From contig NC_043006.1 in the NCBI RefSeq assembly GCF_006345805.1, positions 88,412,001 to 88,476,000 of the forward strand: a stretch of 64,000 nucleotides of DNA, read 5' to 3'. The notes under the pieces are model-generated. The model worked only from the letters and a program-made list of their open reading frames with translations. It was not told the DNA's origin and made no database searches. This document shows, in pieces, positions 51,771 to 64,000 of the stretch (position 1 is the stretch's first letter; every line of letters begins with the position of its first letter). The stretch comes from Octopus sinensis (lineage: Eukaryota). The position numbers and the translations under genes are program-made.

Positions 51771-52157
51771 CTGTGTGGTAAGTAGCTTGCTAACCAACCA
51801 CATGGTTCCGGGTTCAGTCCCACTGCGTGGCATCTTGGGCAAGTGTCTTCTGCTATAGCCCCGGGCTGACCAATGCCTTGTGAGTGGATTTGGTAGACGG
51901 AAACTGAAAGAAGCCTGTCGTATATATGTATATATATGTGTGTGTGTGTGTTTGTGTGTCTGTGTTTATCCCCCTAGCATTGCTTGACAACCGATGCTGG
52001 TATGTTTACGTCCCCGTCACTTAGCGGTTCGGCAAAAGAGACCGATAGAATAAGTACTGGGCTTACAAAGAATAAGTCCCGGGGTCGATTTGCTCGACTA
52101 AAGGCGGTGCTCCAGCATGGCCGCAGTCAAATGACTGAAACAAGTAAAAGAGTAAGA
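51771..52157 (+). mobile_element. Full-length tRNA-derived SINE family B inserted in the PLE 5' region
   Basis: A-box tggctgtgtgg, B-box ggttcagtccc, internal (TA)(TG)n, tail ctccagcatggccgcagtcaaatgactgaaacaagtaaaagag. Confidence 0.92.
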
Positions 52158-52494
52158 GTAAACGTTCGAAAAAACAAAAAAAAAACAAAAAACAAAAAAA
52201 TATCGTATGAAAAAAATAAAAAGAAAAGGGGAAAAAACAAACGTTCAAAAAAACAAAAAAATAATAATCGTATGAAAAAACTAGATAAGTAAGCGATAGG
52301 GGCAGAAAAGACGGGGCAAACGGAAAAGGGAAAGAAAGAAGGGAAGCAGAGAGAAGGGGAGGCAAAAAAAGGGGGTGCAGGCAGAGGAAACAGAGTATGG
52401 ACATCCAGAGAGGGAAGAAAGACGGAAAGGAGAACAAAAATGCAGGAAACTGTGGAAAGCATGAAAGGAATGTAAAAAAGTGGTAATATATGAG

Positions 52495-53322
52495 AAAATA
52501 TAGCAGTATTGCCCGGCTCGTGCGCTTGTGCGTTCTATGCACGCGGGAATTAAACTAAACTTTGATGAAGTTCAATCAAAATTCAATTATTTGGGTTTTA
52601 AAATCAAGCATTTAATGCCCTCTATTTTTGCGCTTATGTGTTCCATTTCCTCAATAGGAAGTACGTAGAAGCATTTCATAAATTTTTCTGATCAAATAAT
52701 TGTATTGTTGAATTATTCTTTTAGATCAGTTTTTCTCAACAGGGATTTCAGGGGAGAGTTTCAGGGAGTCGCTGCCGATGTATCGTGATGATCAAAAATC
52801 CGGCCTGCTAAAATTTGGTTAAAGTGATTCAAACTGCAGACTCAACGCAAAATGGTCACATTTAATTCAAAGTGTTAAAAATGTTATGAAAACAATTGGT
52901 GTGTGTTCACAAAGTCCAAACGATTAATACGAAAAAACCCTCCAGGCTACATCCCGAAAATTCATTTCTTTGCCGAATTTCTATAATGTTTACGGCGATT
53001 CGTTTTTATATCTTGATTTTTTATTTTTCATGCAATTTACGCATGCTTGCACGCGTGGTGAACACAGTTCACGTCAAACAGCTGACTGAGTAAAGTTCAC
53101 TATTCAATGCATAGGATAAGGCCTAAACAAACACATTATCGATTTTTGCACTTGCGAGATGAATTTCGAAACAGAAATAGCGCAGTTCAATTTTCATTCG
53201 CCTAAACTTTAAGTGACCCATTTTTGGTGGTTCTACGATTTGTTGGCTAGGAGGAGATGTGCCGGGAGGTTAAACACACAGACACACACACAGACGCACA
53301 AGTTCAGTTTTATATATATAGA
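52495..53322 (+). mobile_element. Helitron-like (HINE-type) non-autonomous element
   Basis: 5' atagcagtattgcccggc, and 3' cacagacgcacaagttcagttttatatatatagat after a small hairpin region. Confidence 0.45.
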
Positions 53323-53583
53323 TTTCTTTCCCGATATGCTAATTATAAAAACTTTAAACTTTATCACGTAATATTATAGCCATGATCAAAAATGCATATT
53401 CAATAAATTAAAACAAAGCTAAATAAAAATAAATTAGATAATCTTTTTAAAAAATAAGAGAAACCCGCGGCGTACAGAAGAGTTGAAATAGCTTCAAACG
53501 CGAATAGAAATTGTATTGCAGACACGATTTGCCAAGAGTGTTATTGAAAACTCTAGCGTATACTCTAATGTTAATCAGCATAT

Positions 53584-53689
<106 letters not shown>

Positions 53690-54834
53690 ATGTATGTATA
53701 TGTATGTGTGCGTGTGTGTACAGTCGCTCTGCTCCGCGCGTGCACACACATACAGACACACATACACACACAAATTTTCGAATAAAATGAAGCAGAAAAT
53801 CTTTCAGATTAGAACTACAAGAAGTTTGTATATCTTTAATTTGCCAAATTTACGGAAATTGTTAAGATTGTGCCCCATGCATTTAATAATATTAATCAAT
53901 GATAATGATGATTTATAGTATACACATATATTATTAAAAATTTCGGAAAATAGCAAAATCGATTCAACTGACAACAATTTATTTTCGGACTTTATTTATC
54001 GATTACGGAAAGATAATAACAGAATCCACATCGGAGAAACTTAAAAAAAAATTGAAAGAATATTATTTTCAAATTCTGTAATAATAGTAATTTCAAATTT
54101 TGGCGCAAAACCAGAAATTTCAGGATAGGAGATGGGTCGATTTCATCGACCTCAGAGGTCAACTGGTACTTGAACTCAGAGACAGAAGTACCACTCAGCA
54201 TTCTGTCCGGCGTGCTAACGCTTCCGCCAGCTCGACGTCCTACTAGTAGCAATAATACTTTATATCATTGTTGTATTATACTTACGTAATGCTTTAACTA
54301 TGAAAAGGAATCTAAGACAAAATCTATTATAGAAATATATAACTTATATTATTAGAAAGGTAATTTACTGGTAAATGAGGATCTACATAAAGCATGATAT
54401 TTATATATGTTACTAGTATATAGTTTTTTTCAAAATCCACTGCTCAATAAAGCTGGTACTGTACTTCTTTCACCAGTACAGTGCTTCAAGCTGGCCTTTG
54501 GCACTTTTCAATTGATATGAAAATAAGGCTGTAGTGCAATGTATTAAGATTTGCTAAAGCGTTACCACAGAATAGTTGTATAATATACTATAATTATCTA
54601 TAACAGAATAAAACTATAGATTAATGCCTTCAAATTCTTTACTTACAAATTTTTTAAACTTTTTGACGCAAAAATAAAAAAGAATAGATAGTATCTTTTA
54701 AGTTAAAACTAATGACACGTGTATAATAAAGAATTTAGTTTTGAAAAATGTTTTCGCCTATCACTGCATCTTCTGCACTATCTTTGTGGAATTTACTCCA
54801 TCTGAAAAATCAAACACTTCAGAAAAAGCATTAT

Positions 54835-56150
54835 TATTTTATTGTCTTTGCATAACTTCTAACGCTGGAGATGTACAACGGTGTCAGCTGTTCACTACCA
54901 GTGAAATAAGGTAACACCTCTTATTTTTCAAATACCATCCGGAGTATTCAAGCGGTTCCAAGCAGTGTTGTTTTCTGTAAGTGTTCCATCCTTATTGCAG
55001 TCCTTATTCGTAACATGTACTTGTCAAGATTTTTACTCACTGTTCTCAGGGCTCCGACAATTATTGGTACTACTACCACCTTTTTCATCGATCACAACTG
55101 CTTAACCTCCCAAGCTAACCTGTTATATCTATCGACTTTTCTTTCTTCCTTATCCCGTACCTTGTTGTCAGCTGGGCATGCTATATCTATGATCCAGCAT
55201 CGTTTGCTTTCTTTCTCAATTAACACTATGTCTGGTTTCCTATTCTCTGTCACATTGTTGCACTGGATCATAAAATCCCATAGGATCTTTGCATTATCAT
55301 TTTCGATGATGCCTTCGGGCTTATGTTCGCACCACTGTCAAGTCCATACTTGTTTGCTCTGTCAAGTCCATGCATGTTGCAAAGTGTCCATGACGTCTTT
55401 TATATTCTTTCTGGGCTAGTGGAGTGCATTGATTGATAATAGGCCACACGGTTTCACCATTTTGTCAACAAATTCTGCCCTTATCACTTTCTGAGGTGTT
55501 ATCTATTCTGTATTTGATGCAATTAGTTCTTAATGCTTCCTCTTGGGCAACACAGATTAGAGCCTCCATTTCGGTTTTAAGTCATTTTAGTCATCCATAG
55601 CCATCTTTTCTCTCTATTTTATCTTCAACATCCCTATGAAATTGTCCTTTTCTTTATCCATCTATTTTGAGTTTCATTCATTCACAAGTGCTTGTGCAGT
55701 GCTTTATCTTTGTAATCTTCCACCCTACACAAGCCTGACCTTCTTACTTCCAATAATAACAGTTCTGTGGCATTTTTATATACCATGCTATGTTGTTTTC
55801 ATCTGCCCTAATACTGTGTTTGCATCCAATAAGTCCTCTTCCCCCTCTTTTTCTTGGTACATACAGTCTGTCTGTGTAACTTTTTGGGTGCAGTGACCCA
55901 TATCAGTTTAGCAACCTCCTTGTCTATCTGTCTAAGCTGTTTAGTTCGACTCCTCTCTATGCGATTACCCCTGCTCCATATCTAAGTAGTGAAACCGCCC
56001 CAGTGTTGATAGCTTCAATCTTGTTCCGTCCGTTTAATTTCGACTTAAGTATTAGTCTCAGTCTGCGTAAGTACTCCACCTTAAATTTTTCTGTCATTTC
56101 TTTCTTCATCAATTTATCAATGTCCACTATCCCCAGACCGTCCCTTCTAT
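54835..56150 (-). mobile_element. Dong/R4 LINE, 5' truncated
   Basis: EYLRRLRLILKSKLNGRNKIEAINTGAVSLLRYGAGVI; RLE LLGTA*ILRMVFEK; 3' UTR motif actggtagtgaacagctgacac shared with the Dong 3' UTR near 19910 (actggctgtggacagctgacac). Confidence 0.85.
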
Positions 56151-56187
56151 CTGCTTCATAACCTCCCATGACGGTATCGCTAGCCTG

Positions 56188-56406
56188 TTTGAGATGGGGT
56201 ACTCGAACAGAAGAAAATTCTAACTGGGCCCCACCTGCAAAGTCATTTGCTGTTTATCTTGATAATGATATCATCATGTCGCACACATGTGGTTGTGATA
56301 CATGTGCCTAGTGTATCCTTATCAGACGGCTAGTCATGATGATTATACTGGGCTTCGTATATCTTACCCCAGTGTCACTTTGATGGCTTGCACTGCTCTC
56401 TCACTC

Positions 56407-56475
<69 letters not shown>
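56188..56475 (+). mobile_element. 5'-truncated copy of the 558-nt AAT-associated element with its (AAT)n tail
   Basis: Aligns to about 19384-19606. Confidence 0.85.
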
Positions 56476-56476
<1 letters not shown>

Positions 56477-57538
56477 CTTCTAATTTAGACACATGACCAT
56501 CAATTTTGAAGGGACGTGGTTTGTGGGTACCACCGTCCCTAGAATTTGACCAATATTCTATTTTATTGACCCCATGTTAATAAAAGGATAATTCTCGACG
56601 GTCTTGAAAGCGCTCTAAAAATCATGGCAACTATCTCTCCTCCTGGCTATAAGATCAAAAACTATGGTTAAACACACACCTGTCCTATTTATTTATTTAT
56701 TCTTATCTACATTCAGTATTGATCATACATGTATCGATTTTTGTCTTCTATGTATACGTATGTGATGTGTTTTGATATTTGTATCGTCTGAAACATATTA
56801 GTCATACATTATTTTGTCCTTAGTTCCATGTCTCAGGATGTTGACGCTGTAGAGGTAAACAGAATTGTATTTCCCTTTCAATAAACTCGAAATTCTTTCC
56901 TGTAATGAAAGAATTCCGTGAAGTAAATTGAGTTAGTGTAATGCTAATTCTTTCATCGATAGCGGAGAGAATAATGGTTTGTTATATCAGCACTAGGCCA
57001 TGCATGTATAGAGAAGCGATATTGTCAAATTTCATTGTAGTTATATATATCGAGCAGAAGGAAGAGAAATAATGGTAATGAGGAAAATAGATGTCTAACT
57101 TTGGCACATGATTTCAAACTCGTAGGGCAACATATAAGCGATTAAATCAATCTCAGCCTTAATCAGAGGAAAATCAAACTGATTTCTAGCAGCCACAGAT
57201 CTGATAGTTCCCGACCATAGATTCTAACTCTTATTTAGTTTATCGACACGAAAATGTTGGCGGGGAAGTCAACCGCAGCAGCGGAAGTAAACTCAGAAAG
57301 TATAAGCGCGGTATTACCATTTGTGCCACACACCAGTCCTTAATGAAACGAATAATAATTTTGTACATAATTAAAGACTGAAAATGTCGGATTAGAAAGA
57401 AAGAGCTGATAATAAGACCCTAGTATTTAACTGCTACATTATTTTATCAGACCTAGATGCCTAGGTCTGATATCGACTTCGGCAATATTTGAACACAGAA
57501 CTGTATTTTCTTCGCTCTAAACGTTAAACATTCATTTT

Positions 57539-58620
57539 TTAACCCATGACAACAGTTTTTTTTATCAAGCAGCTCGGTTGCATTGACGGTAATCATCTCG
57601 GCTAAGATCAGCAATTAGCACACGACAATGGTTCGGCGTATATTTACATCAACCGCTTTAACCAGTTTACGGCGGTGATTCATTCGGTTGCCTGCGTGAG
57701 GCAACGGTAATCGCGCCGATTCAGATCAGCACTCAGGGCGATATAACGTTCGGCGTACATATACATCAACCTCTTTAGTGCAAGTACTGTTTATTTACCT
57801 AAACTATATCTCTGTGCGGTATTATTCCTGAATAAGATTACTCGACAGCACAAGTCAGATCAACTTCATGTATTTACTATCACCTGAATTCAAAAATTGA
57901 CTTTAGTGTGGTAGAGTTCAAAACAGGATACCACATACAGTGGCATTTCTCAGGTCACGCTACACTAGAGCGAGAATGCAACTATCAGTGCATCGGTACC
58001 CCGTTTCCACCTTTCGAAGTTTTATCGTGTGAAGATCAGGCGGCATGTTTTTCCTGTGTGTCCTCACATTTCCACAGGCATTAGCCCTCCTCGCCTGCAG
58101 CTGAATGAAGAGGTCTGGGTTAGAAAACCAGTTGTCCATATAATTATTGTAGCCTTTGTCAAACAAGTTTTCATTCAGCGGCAACACATCAATTGACGCT
58201 TGAGTAGATGCTGGAAGATCCAATCTATCCTGACCAGTGTAGATTTTGTAATTCCACGTGCACCCACAGGATCTGCCAGTTGACTGGCATACATTATAAA
58301 CCTTGACTCTAAAGCGGGCACGTTTGTTCGGGTTGTATTGTTTGAATCGGAGCCTTCCCTTGAATTTCCACAAACTTTCGTCCTGACAAATGTCCTGTGT
58401 GGGGACATACACTATTCTGAAATATTCATCCACTTTATCAACGATAGGACGTATTTTGTGCATCCTGTCATCCTGGCTCTCACTTGACACATTATTATTG
58501 TAGCCAAAGGATGTTCCATTTTGCAGGAAATAAATTCAAATCTTGGAAGTCATCTTGAATGCTTGGAATGACAGATTGCTGCATCAAATACATGGGACCA
58601 CTCACAGTACCGCCATAAAA
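57539..58620 (-). mobile_element. piggyBac (PGBD4-like) remnant with a TTAA-CCC terminus
   Basis: KIRPIVDKV...ICQDESLWKFKGRLRFKQYNPNKRARF.VKVY...YMDNWFSNPDLF..L..ACGNVR. TTAA at 57539-57542 is followed by CCC. Confidence 0.9.
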
Positions 58621-58825
58621 GACTAATCCAATTAATCATTTTGATGATAAACTGTAGTGTACTGTAACTCTTGTTAACATGGCGTTCACCCATAATATAT
58701 GGATACCCAAATCCCCAGTAAGGAGCAATTGTAGTTGTTAATTGAGCTATTTCATATGAAAGTAGCTACACCACTCCAAACAATCTTTCGTGGAAAACCG
58801 GCATCTTCTGCACATTTTATCAAGT

Positions 58826-59229
58826 AGGCGCAGGAGTGGCTGTGTGGTAAGTAGCTTGCTTACCAACCACATGGTTCAGGGTTCATTCTCACTGCGTGGC
58901 ACCTTGGGCAAGTGTCTCTTATTATAGCCTAGGGCCGACCAAAGCCTTGTGAGTGGATTTGGTAGACGGAAACTGAAAGAAGCCCGTCGTATATATATAT
59001 ATGCATGTGAGTGTATATGTTGTGTATCTGTGTTTGTTCCCCCAACATCGCTTGACAACCGTTGCTGGTGTGTCTACGTCCCCGTAACTTAGCGGTTCAG
59101 CAAAACAGATCGATAGAATAAGTACTAGGCTTACAAAGAATAAGTCCTGGGGTCAATTTGATTCGACTAAAGGCGGTGCTCCAGCATGGCCGCAGTCAAA
59201 TGACTGAAACAAATAAAAGAGTAAAAGAG
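58826..59229 (+). mobile_element. Full-length SINE family B
   Basis: Matches 51771-52157. Confidence 0.92.
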
Positions 59230-59234
59230 AAAGC

Positions 59235-59725
59235 GAGTACTACAGACAAAGCTTTTCACTTCAGTCCAGATTATCTTCATTGTGAACATGACCTATTCTT
59301 GGAACGTAACTTTTCTGACAATACTTCGAAATGCCATGGACGCATGGTTTCAAAATTTCTATCTCACGTCTCGTTTGCCGCACAGATATTCTTAATCTCT
59401 GGCAAAGCGTTTTTAATATACTTCCTTGATTTGTACGGTTCATCGATATCTGAGGCCCTCTGGAACCTTTTTTGTGGTCGCTCTTAGTTCCATCTGCTTC
59501 AAATTTATCTCTAATTCGAGTGGTAGTAAGTTTCAAACCTCCTCTTAAACTGTCTTTGGAATTCGACTGCATTTTTAAAACTTCCGATAGTATTTTAGGT
59601 TAAATGTCCTTTGTTTAAAGCTTAACTTGGCTACTTTTATTCTTTCTAATGGGCTAAATCTAAAAAGAAATGGACAGTAAGTTATTAGTTGTTAAAGTGT
59701 GTATACACTTTTTAGGACAATATGT
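59235..59725 (-). mobile_element. IS630-Tc1-mariner (DD37E-like) 5' remnant
   Basis: TRIRDKFEADGT..DHKKGSRGP HTH region; TIR-like gtcctaaaaagtgtatacacactttaac. Confidence 0.6.
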
Positions 59726-62291
59726 ATGTATGTATGTATGTATGTATGCATGTATATATATATATATATTGGAATTTCTAATATGTCATGTGAGGAATAT
59801 TATATCTTGCCTATCCATAAAGTTTCAATTCTAAAATATGAAATGATACTTGTAGTATTTTGCTTTTCCTAAAGATATTATTAACGTAAATAGAGTGAAG
59901 TGGTATAGGATGAGAATAACATTGCAGCCTTGTATTTTAGTTAGGAGCAAATCTGCTATCTCAACTATATTCAGTATTAATTCTGTCAGTCTCAATCAAT
60001 TTTGCTGATATTCTAATAAGTATTCAAGGCAAAAATCTCATACCTCAGAGCGAAAATGAAGAAGCATTAATAATGCCTCTTGAATGATAATACTGTATTG
60101 TCATTCAGCAAGCAGGAACACAGGTGATCCAAACTGTAAATGAAAAACATGGCCTGAAGCCTTATTCCTTGTTATAAACTTCTGAGATGGCGGTGAAAAT
60201 AATCATATACCTATCTACTGTGAAACATTGGCCACAAATACATCGGGAAAAAGAGCGGTGGATGATAGAATCAACTGCGTTACTTAGTTACGTCCCTTGG
60301 CATTTTGAATATAAATCGATCCTTGGTGGATTTTTTGTGCACATTGAAATCAGTCGTAAATTGAAGCGGGGTGCTTTCAAGCTTTAGGTAAAAGAAACAT
60401 TCGCCGAACTTAATAGTGGAAGCAGTTTCAATTCTCACCTGAAGCCATTATTACGTCATTATAGAAATATCAGATTTGATGCATATGTGAAAAATCGTTA
60501 TAGCTAAATCAATTGTGAGTTGTTTTATTCAAGTATTGTGTGGTGTGGTTAAGTAAGTAATAAATTTAACGAGCAACGAATATTTATACAGATTATCCGG
60601 AGAAAAGGAATTAATGCGATTTGACAAGAAACATGTTTGACAATTCGTGAAATAGAATGCATGAAATAAACCGCTGCGGGAGAATTGCACGATTAATGAT
60701 ACAAATGACTGCTGTGTAGGATTTCTTCAGCCGAAAATTTAAGCTTCTGTCATTAATGAGACAAATGTAGAAATTAGAGAACAGTCCATCCAAATTGGGG
60801 GGGGGGGTTGCCGCCATCTGTGAATCATGCTAAATATATACACAACATTAGAAGGCATGTTGATATGGAATTATGTGAGCTAAAATTGCTTGATAGTTTT
60901 GTTGCGCTATAAAGCACAACATATTTGCTTCAGTATACAGGAAACAGTGCATAAGATATTCGCTTGTATTCCGGATACTTACCGAATACTATTCCATTTG
61001 CTACACCGAATTTTTCTACAGCACGGCACGCTTCCGCAACACCAGTGAATGTTTTATTAAATATTTTCTATTTATCAAACCAAGATATTTCGTTTAAGTA
61101 CGCGAGAAGCATCAAAAAATTTCGCTTCGATATATATTGTGCATTTCAGATTACAAATCTACGAAACAATTCCATTTTTGACAATTTCCCAGCATGATTT
61201 ATAGCAGTGCGTATATATTTAGTATGATACACTGATGGCGATTTTAATTTAATTTTGTTTCAGTTGCGCGCACCAAATTTTGTGTGTGTGTTCTTTCTTT
61301 CGTATTCGCCCTGTAAATAATTATCCGACAATCGAAATCTCAATATAGATGTTACATAGCTTTAATTAGTCTCAATCAATGTTGTTATGAAAGACCAGAG
61401 TTGAAAATATTGTGATAACTTTGTTGTTATTATGCCTTAATTTAGGCTTTGATTAAAGCCGTAAGATTAAAGGCATTCTCGTCTTTGCTATCCAACCTTT
61501 TATAAAAGTATAGTGTATATCTACATAACATTTTTAAATATCCCTTGCTCTACTTTTCTAATATGATAAGCCGTAATATGAGGCCTAAATGATTATTATT
61601 TTCAGCATATCAGACCACCATGTTGACATTTCCTCGGGGACTCAAACAATTCTCTTTTCTTGTATATCAGTGGCAATTATTGCCCGTCGATTACAGATAC
61701 ATCAAACGCAGCAGCCTATCTTGTAGGCCTCTCTAAAGTCGTACCCTAATCTTAAAAAAGGATACACAGAAAATAAAGTTTGAGTAACGTAATGCCTGAA
61801 AACGGACGAGATGATCATGACTTGAATGCCCTCAATTACATGTTTCCTCGACTAGAGCTGACTGGAGCAAAACGATCACCACCACAATAACAACAGCCAC
61901 AAAAGCATGGATAATATAAGCACCAACAACACAAAATAAAACAGCGTATAGAAACCTGCATCCTGTTCTAGAGAGGGCAATGATGCCAAATCGAGTTTAA
62001 TTCCATATTGCTCGAATCAATGCCTAAAGGAACATATAAAGTCTCTTTGTAGAATATTTGCAAGAATGCTGAGAGTTATTCTGGATATGATATGACGTTC
62101 TGGCAACAAGATAAAGATTATTAAATTAAAGGAACCATTATTGTTGATATGAGAATTGGAATTAATTATTAATCTTTACAGCTATTTAACTCGCTTCTCT
62201 AAATAGATAAGTAATACACACACACACACACATATATGCACAAATATACACGCATCTATTCATTCAGTCATCTATACATCCCGTCATCCAC

Positions 62292-62410
62292 CCAGGAGTG
62301 GCTGTGTGGTAGGTAGCTTGTTTAACAACCACATGGTTCTGGGTTCAGTCCCACTGCGTGGCACCTTGGGCAAGTGCCTTCTACTATAGCCTCGGGCCGA
62401 TCGAAGCCTT
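62292..62410 (+). mobile_element. SINE family B 5' part, truncated by a microsatellite
   Basis: caggagtggctgtgtggtagg...gccgatcgaagccttg, then (TGTA)n. Confidence 0.85.
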
Positions 62411-63379
62411 GTATGTATGTATGTATGTATGTATGTATGTATGTATGTATGTATGTATGTATGCATGCATGCATGCATGCAAACACACACACATACATAC
62501 ATACATACATACATACATAATACATACATACATACATACATACATACATACATACATACATACATACATACATACATACATACATACAAACGTATAGGTG
62601 GCCAGTAAGCAGAATTTTGAGTTCAAAATCCGACCAGATCAACTTTGCTGTTCATCAATTTGGGATCGATGGACAAAGTACCAGTCCTGTACTGGTACCG
62701 ATTCTTGTCTTTTTCTAACTCTAAGTCTGTCAGCCAGTTAGTATTTTTCTCGCTTTCTGGAAGAAATATCCTATACTCAGGCAGAGAGTGGAATCGACTC
62801 CCTCTGGTCTAAAAATACGCGAGACACTGTATGTCATGAGGACGCCATATTTTCCGTCGGAGAATTTAGCGCCCATGTGAAGCTTGGTATGACACGTATG
62901 CACTAATGTTCAGACATGTCAACCTGTCTGGAATAAAGTATGGCTGAACTTGGGATCTTGGGGAGAGAATGTAAAATCATTGATTCATATGCTACAAACG
63001 ATCACTATATCTGGGACTATAAAAATTTGCAAGGCTTTCCTAAGATTTAAAGAATGACGGTTAGAACAAGATATTCCCCTTCACAATCTTGCTGCCAAGT
63101 AGATGGCCGGTCAAATTTACTCTAAATTAAAAAGAGAAAGAGAACATACATACATACATACATACATACATACATACATACATACATACATACATACATA
63201 CATACATACATACATACATACATAGAAGAACATGGGTAGGTAGGCACGTAGAATGGAATTCGTTAGATAGATCGAGGAGGCATGCCCAAATGCATTTAAA
63301 CTCAGTATGAAATTAAGACCACAAGTGATGTATTGACAGTTTGTTGGCAGAATCGAAAAGACTGATCGACAATAATTAT

Positions 63380-63900
63380 AGTAACGAAATAACTTTATTA
63401 CACACGCACAAATTCGGACCAAGCGTTTCTACACATGATTCATACCTGGAATTGTAAGTTCGTGTACCCACAGGCTCTGTCAGTTGACTGGCATACTTTA
63501 TATACTTGACTCTAAAGCTGGCACGTTTGGTCGGAGCCTTCTCTTCAATTTCCATAAACTCTCGTCCATACAAATGTCCTGTGTGGGGACACACATAGAG
63601 AACATACACGTTCCGAAATATTCAGCCACTTCGTCAACGATAGGACGTATTTTGTGCGGCCTGTCATCTGGTTCTCGCCTGATTTGAAATACTGATTTCG
63701 AAGAAGTGCCAAAAATCGATCGTGGTTTTGAAACCTAGTGATCTCTCCGACATCAGGCGTGTACCTGTGTTGGCAATATCGATTTGGTGGGAAAAGTGAG
63801 CGAATGAACAGCACAAACATTAGATCACTATCAACAAATGATCATTGCAGGTTGTTCAGCAAGAAATTGCTGAACTCTCATCTGTCGTATACCAACATTG
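63380..63900 (-). mobile_element. Second piggyBac remnant related to 57539-58620, internally deleted
   Basis: Shares ttgactggcatac...cttgactctaaagc.ggcacgtttg and aaatgtcctgtgtggggac blocks with 58280-58410. Confidence 0.75.
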
Positions 63901-63908
63901 AGCCCGCC

Positions 63909-63987
<79 letters not shown>

Positions 63988-64000
63988 TGTGCTCGGGTGT

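Overview
AT-rich, microsatellite-dense eukaryotic DNA made up almost entirely of transposable elements and their remnants. The SINE, Penelope and Dong repertoire looks like an octopod (coleoid cephalopod) genome; this is an inference from recognised repeat sequences, not a database result. I found no host exon I can support, so the window is probably intergenic or deep intronic. The best-preserved elements are a full-length Tc1 transposon (46260-47885) and a near full-length Neptune-type Penelope-like retroelement (about 47888-51770, minus strand). The Tc1 has 224-bp IR/DR-type TIRs and a transposase broken by a single TGG>TGA change. The Penelope element has RT, a Cys-rich linker, GIY-YIG and a minimal hammerhead-like motif. 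Decayed Dong/R4, RTE, RTEX, Tx1/L1, piggyBac, mariner, P-like and Helitron-like pieces and three tRNA-derived SINE families fill the rest. The most notable unexplained structures are: a 558-nt ORF-less element without a tRNA head sitting in (AAT)n; a 16-unit indel-free 15-bp array that reads as a pentapeptide repeat; a tandem-plus-inverted foldback array next to a Helitron-like end; and several 170-625 bp local duplications tied to LINE fragments and microsatellites.
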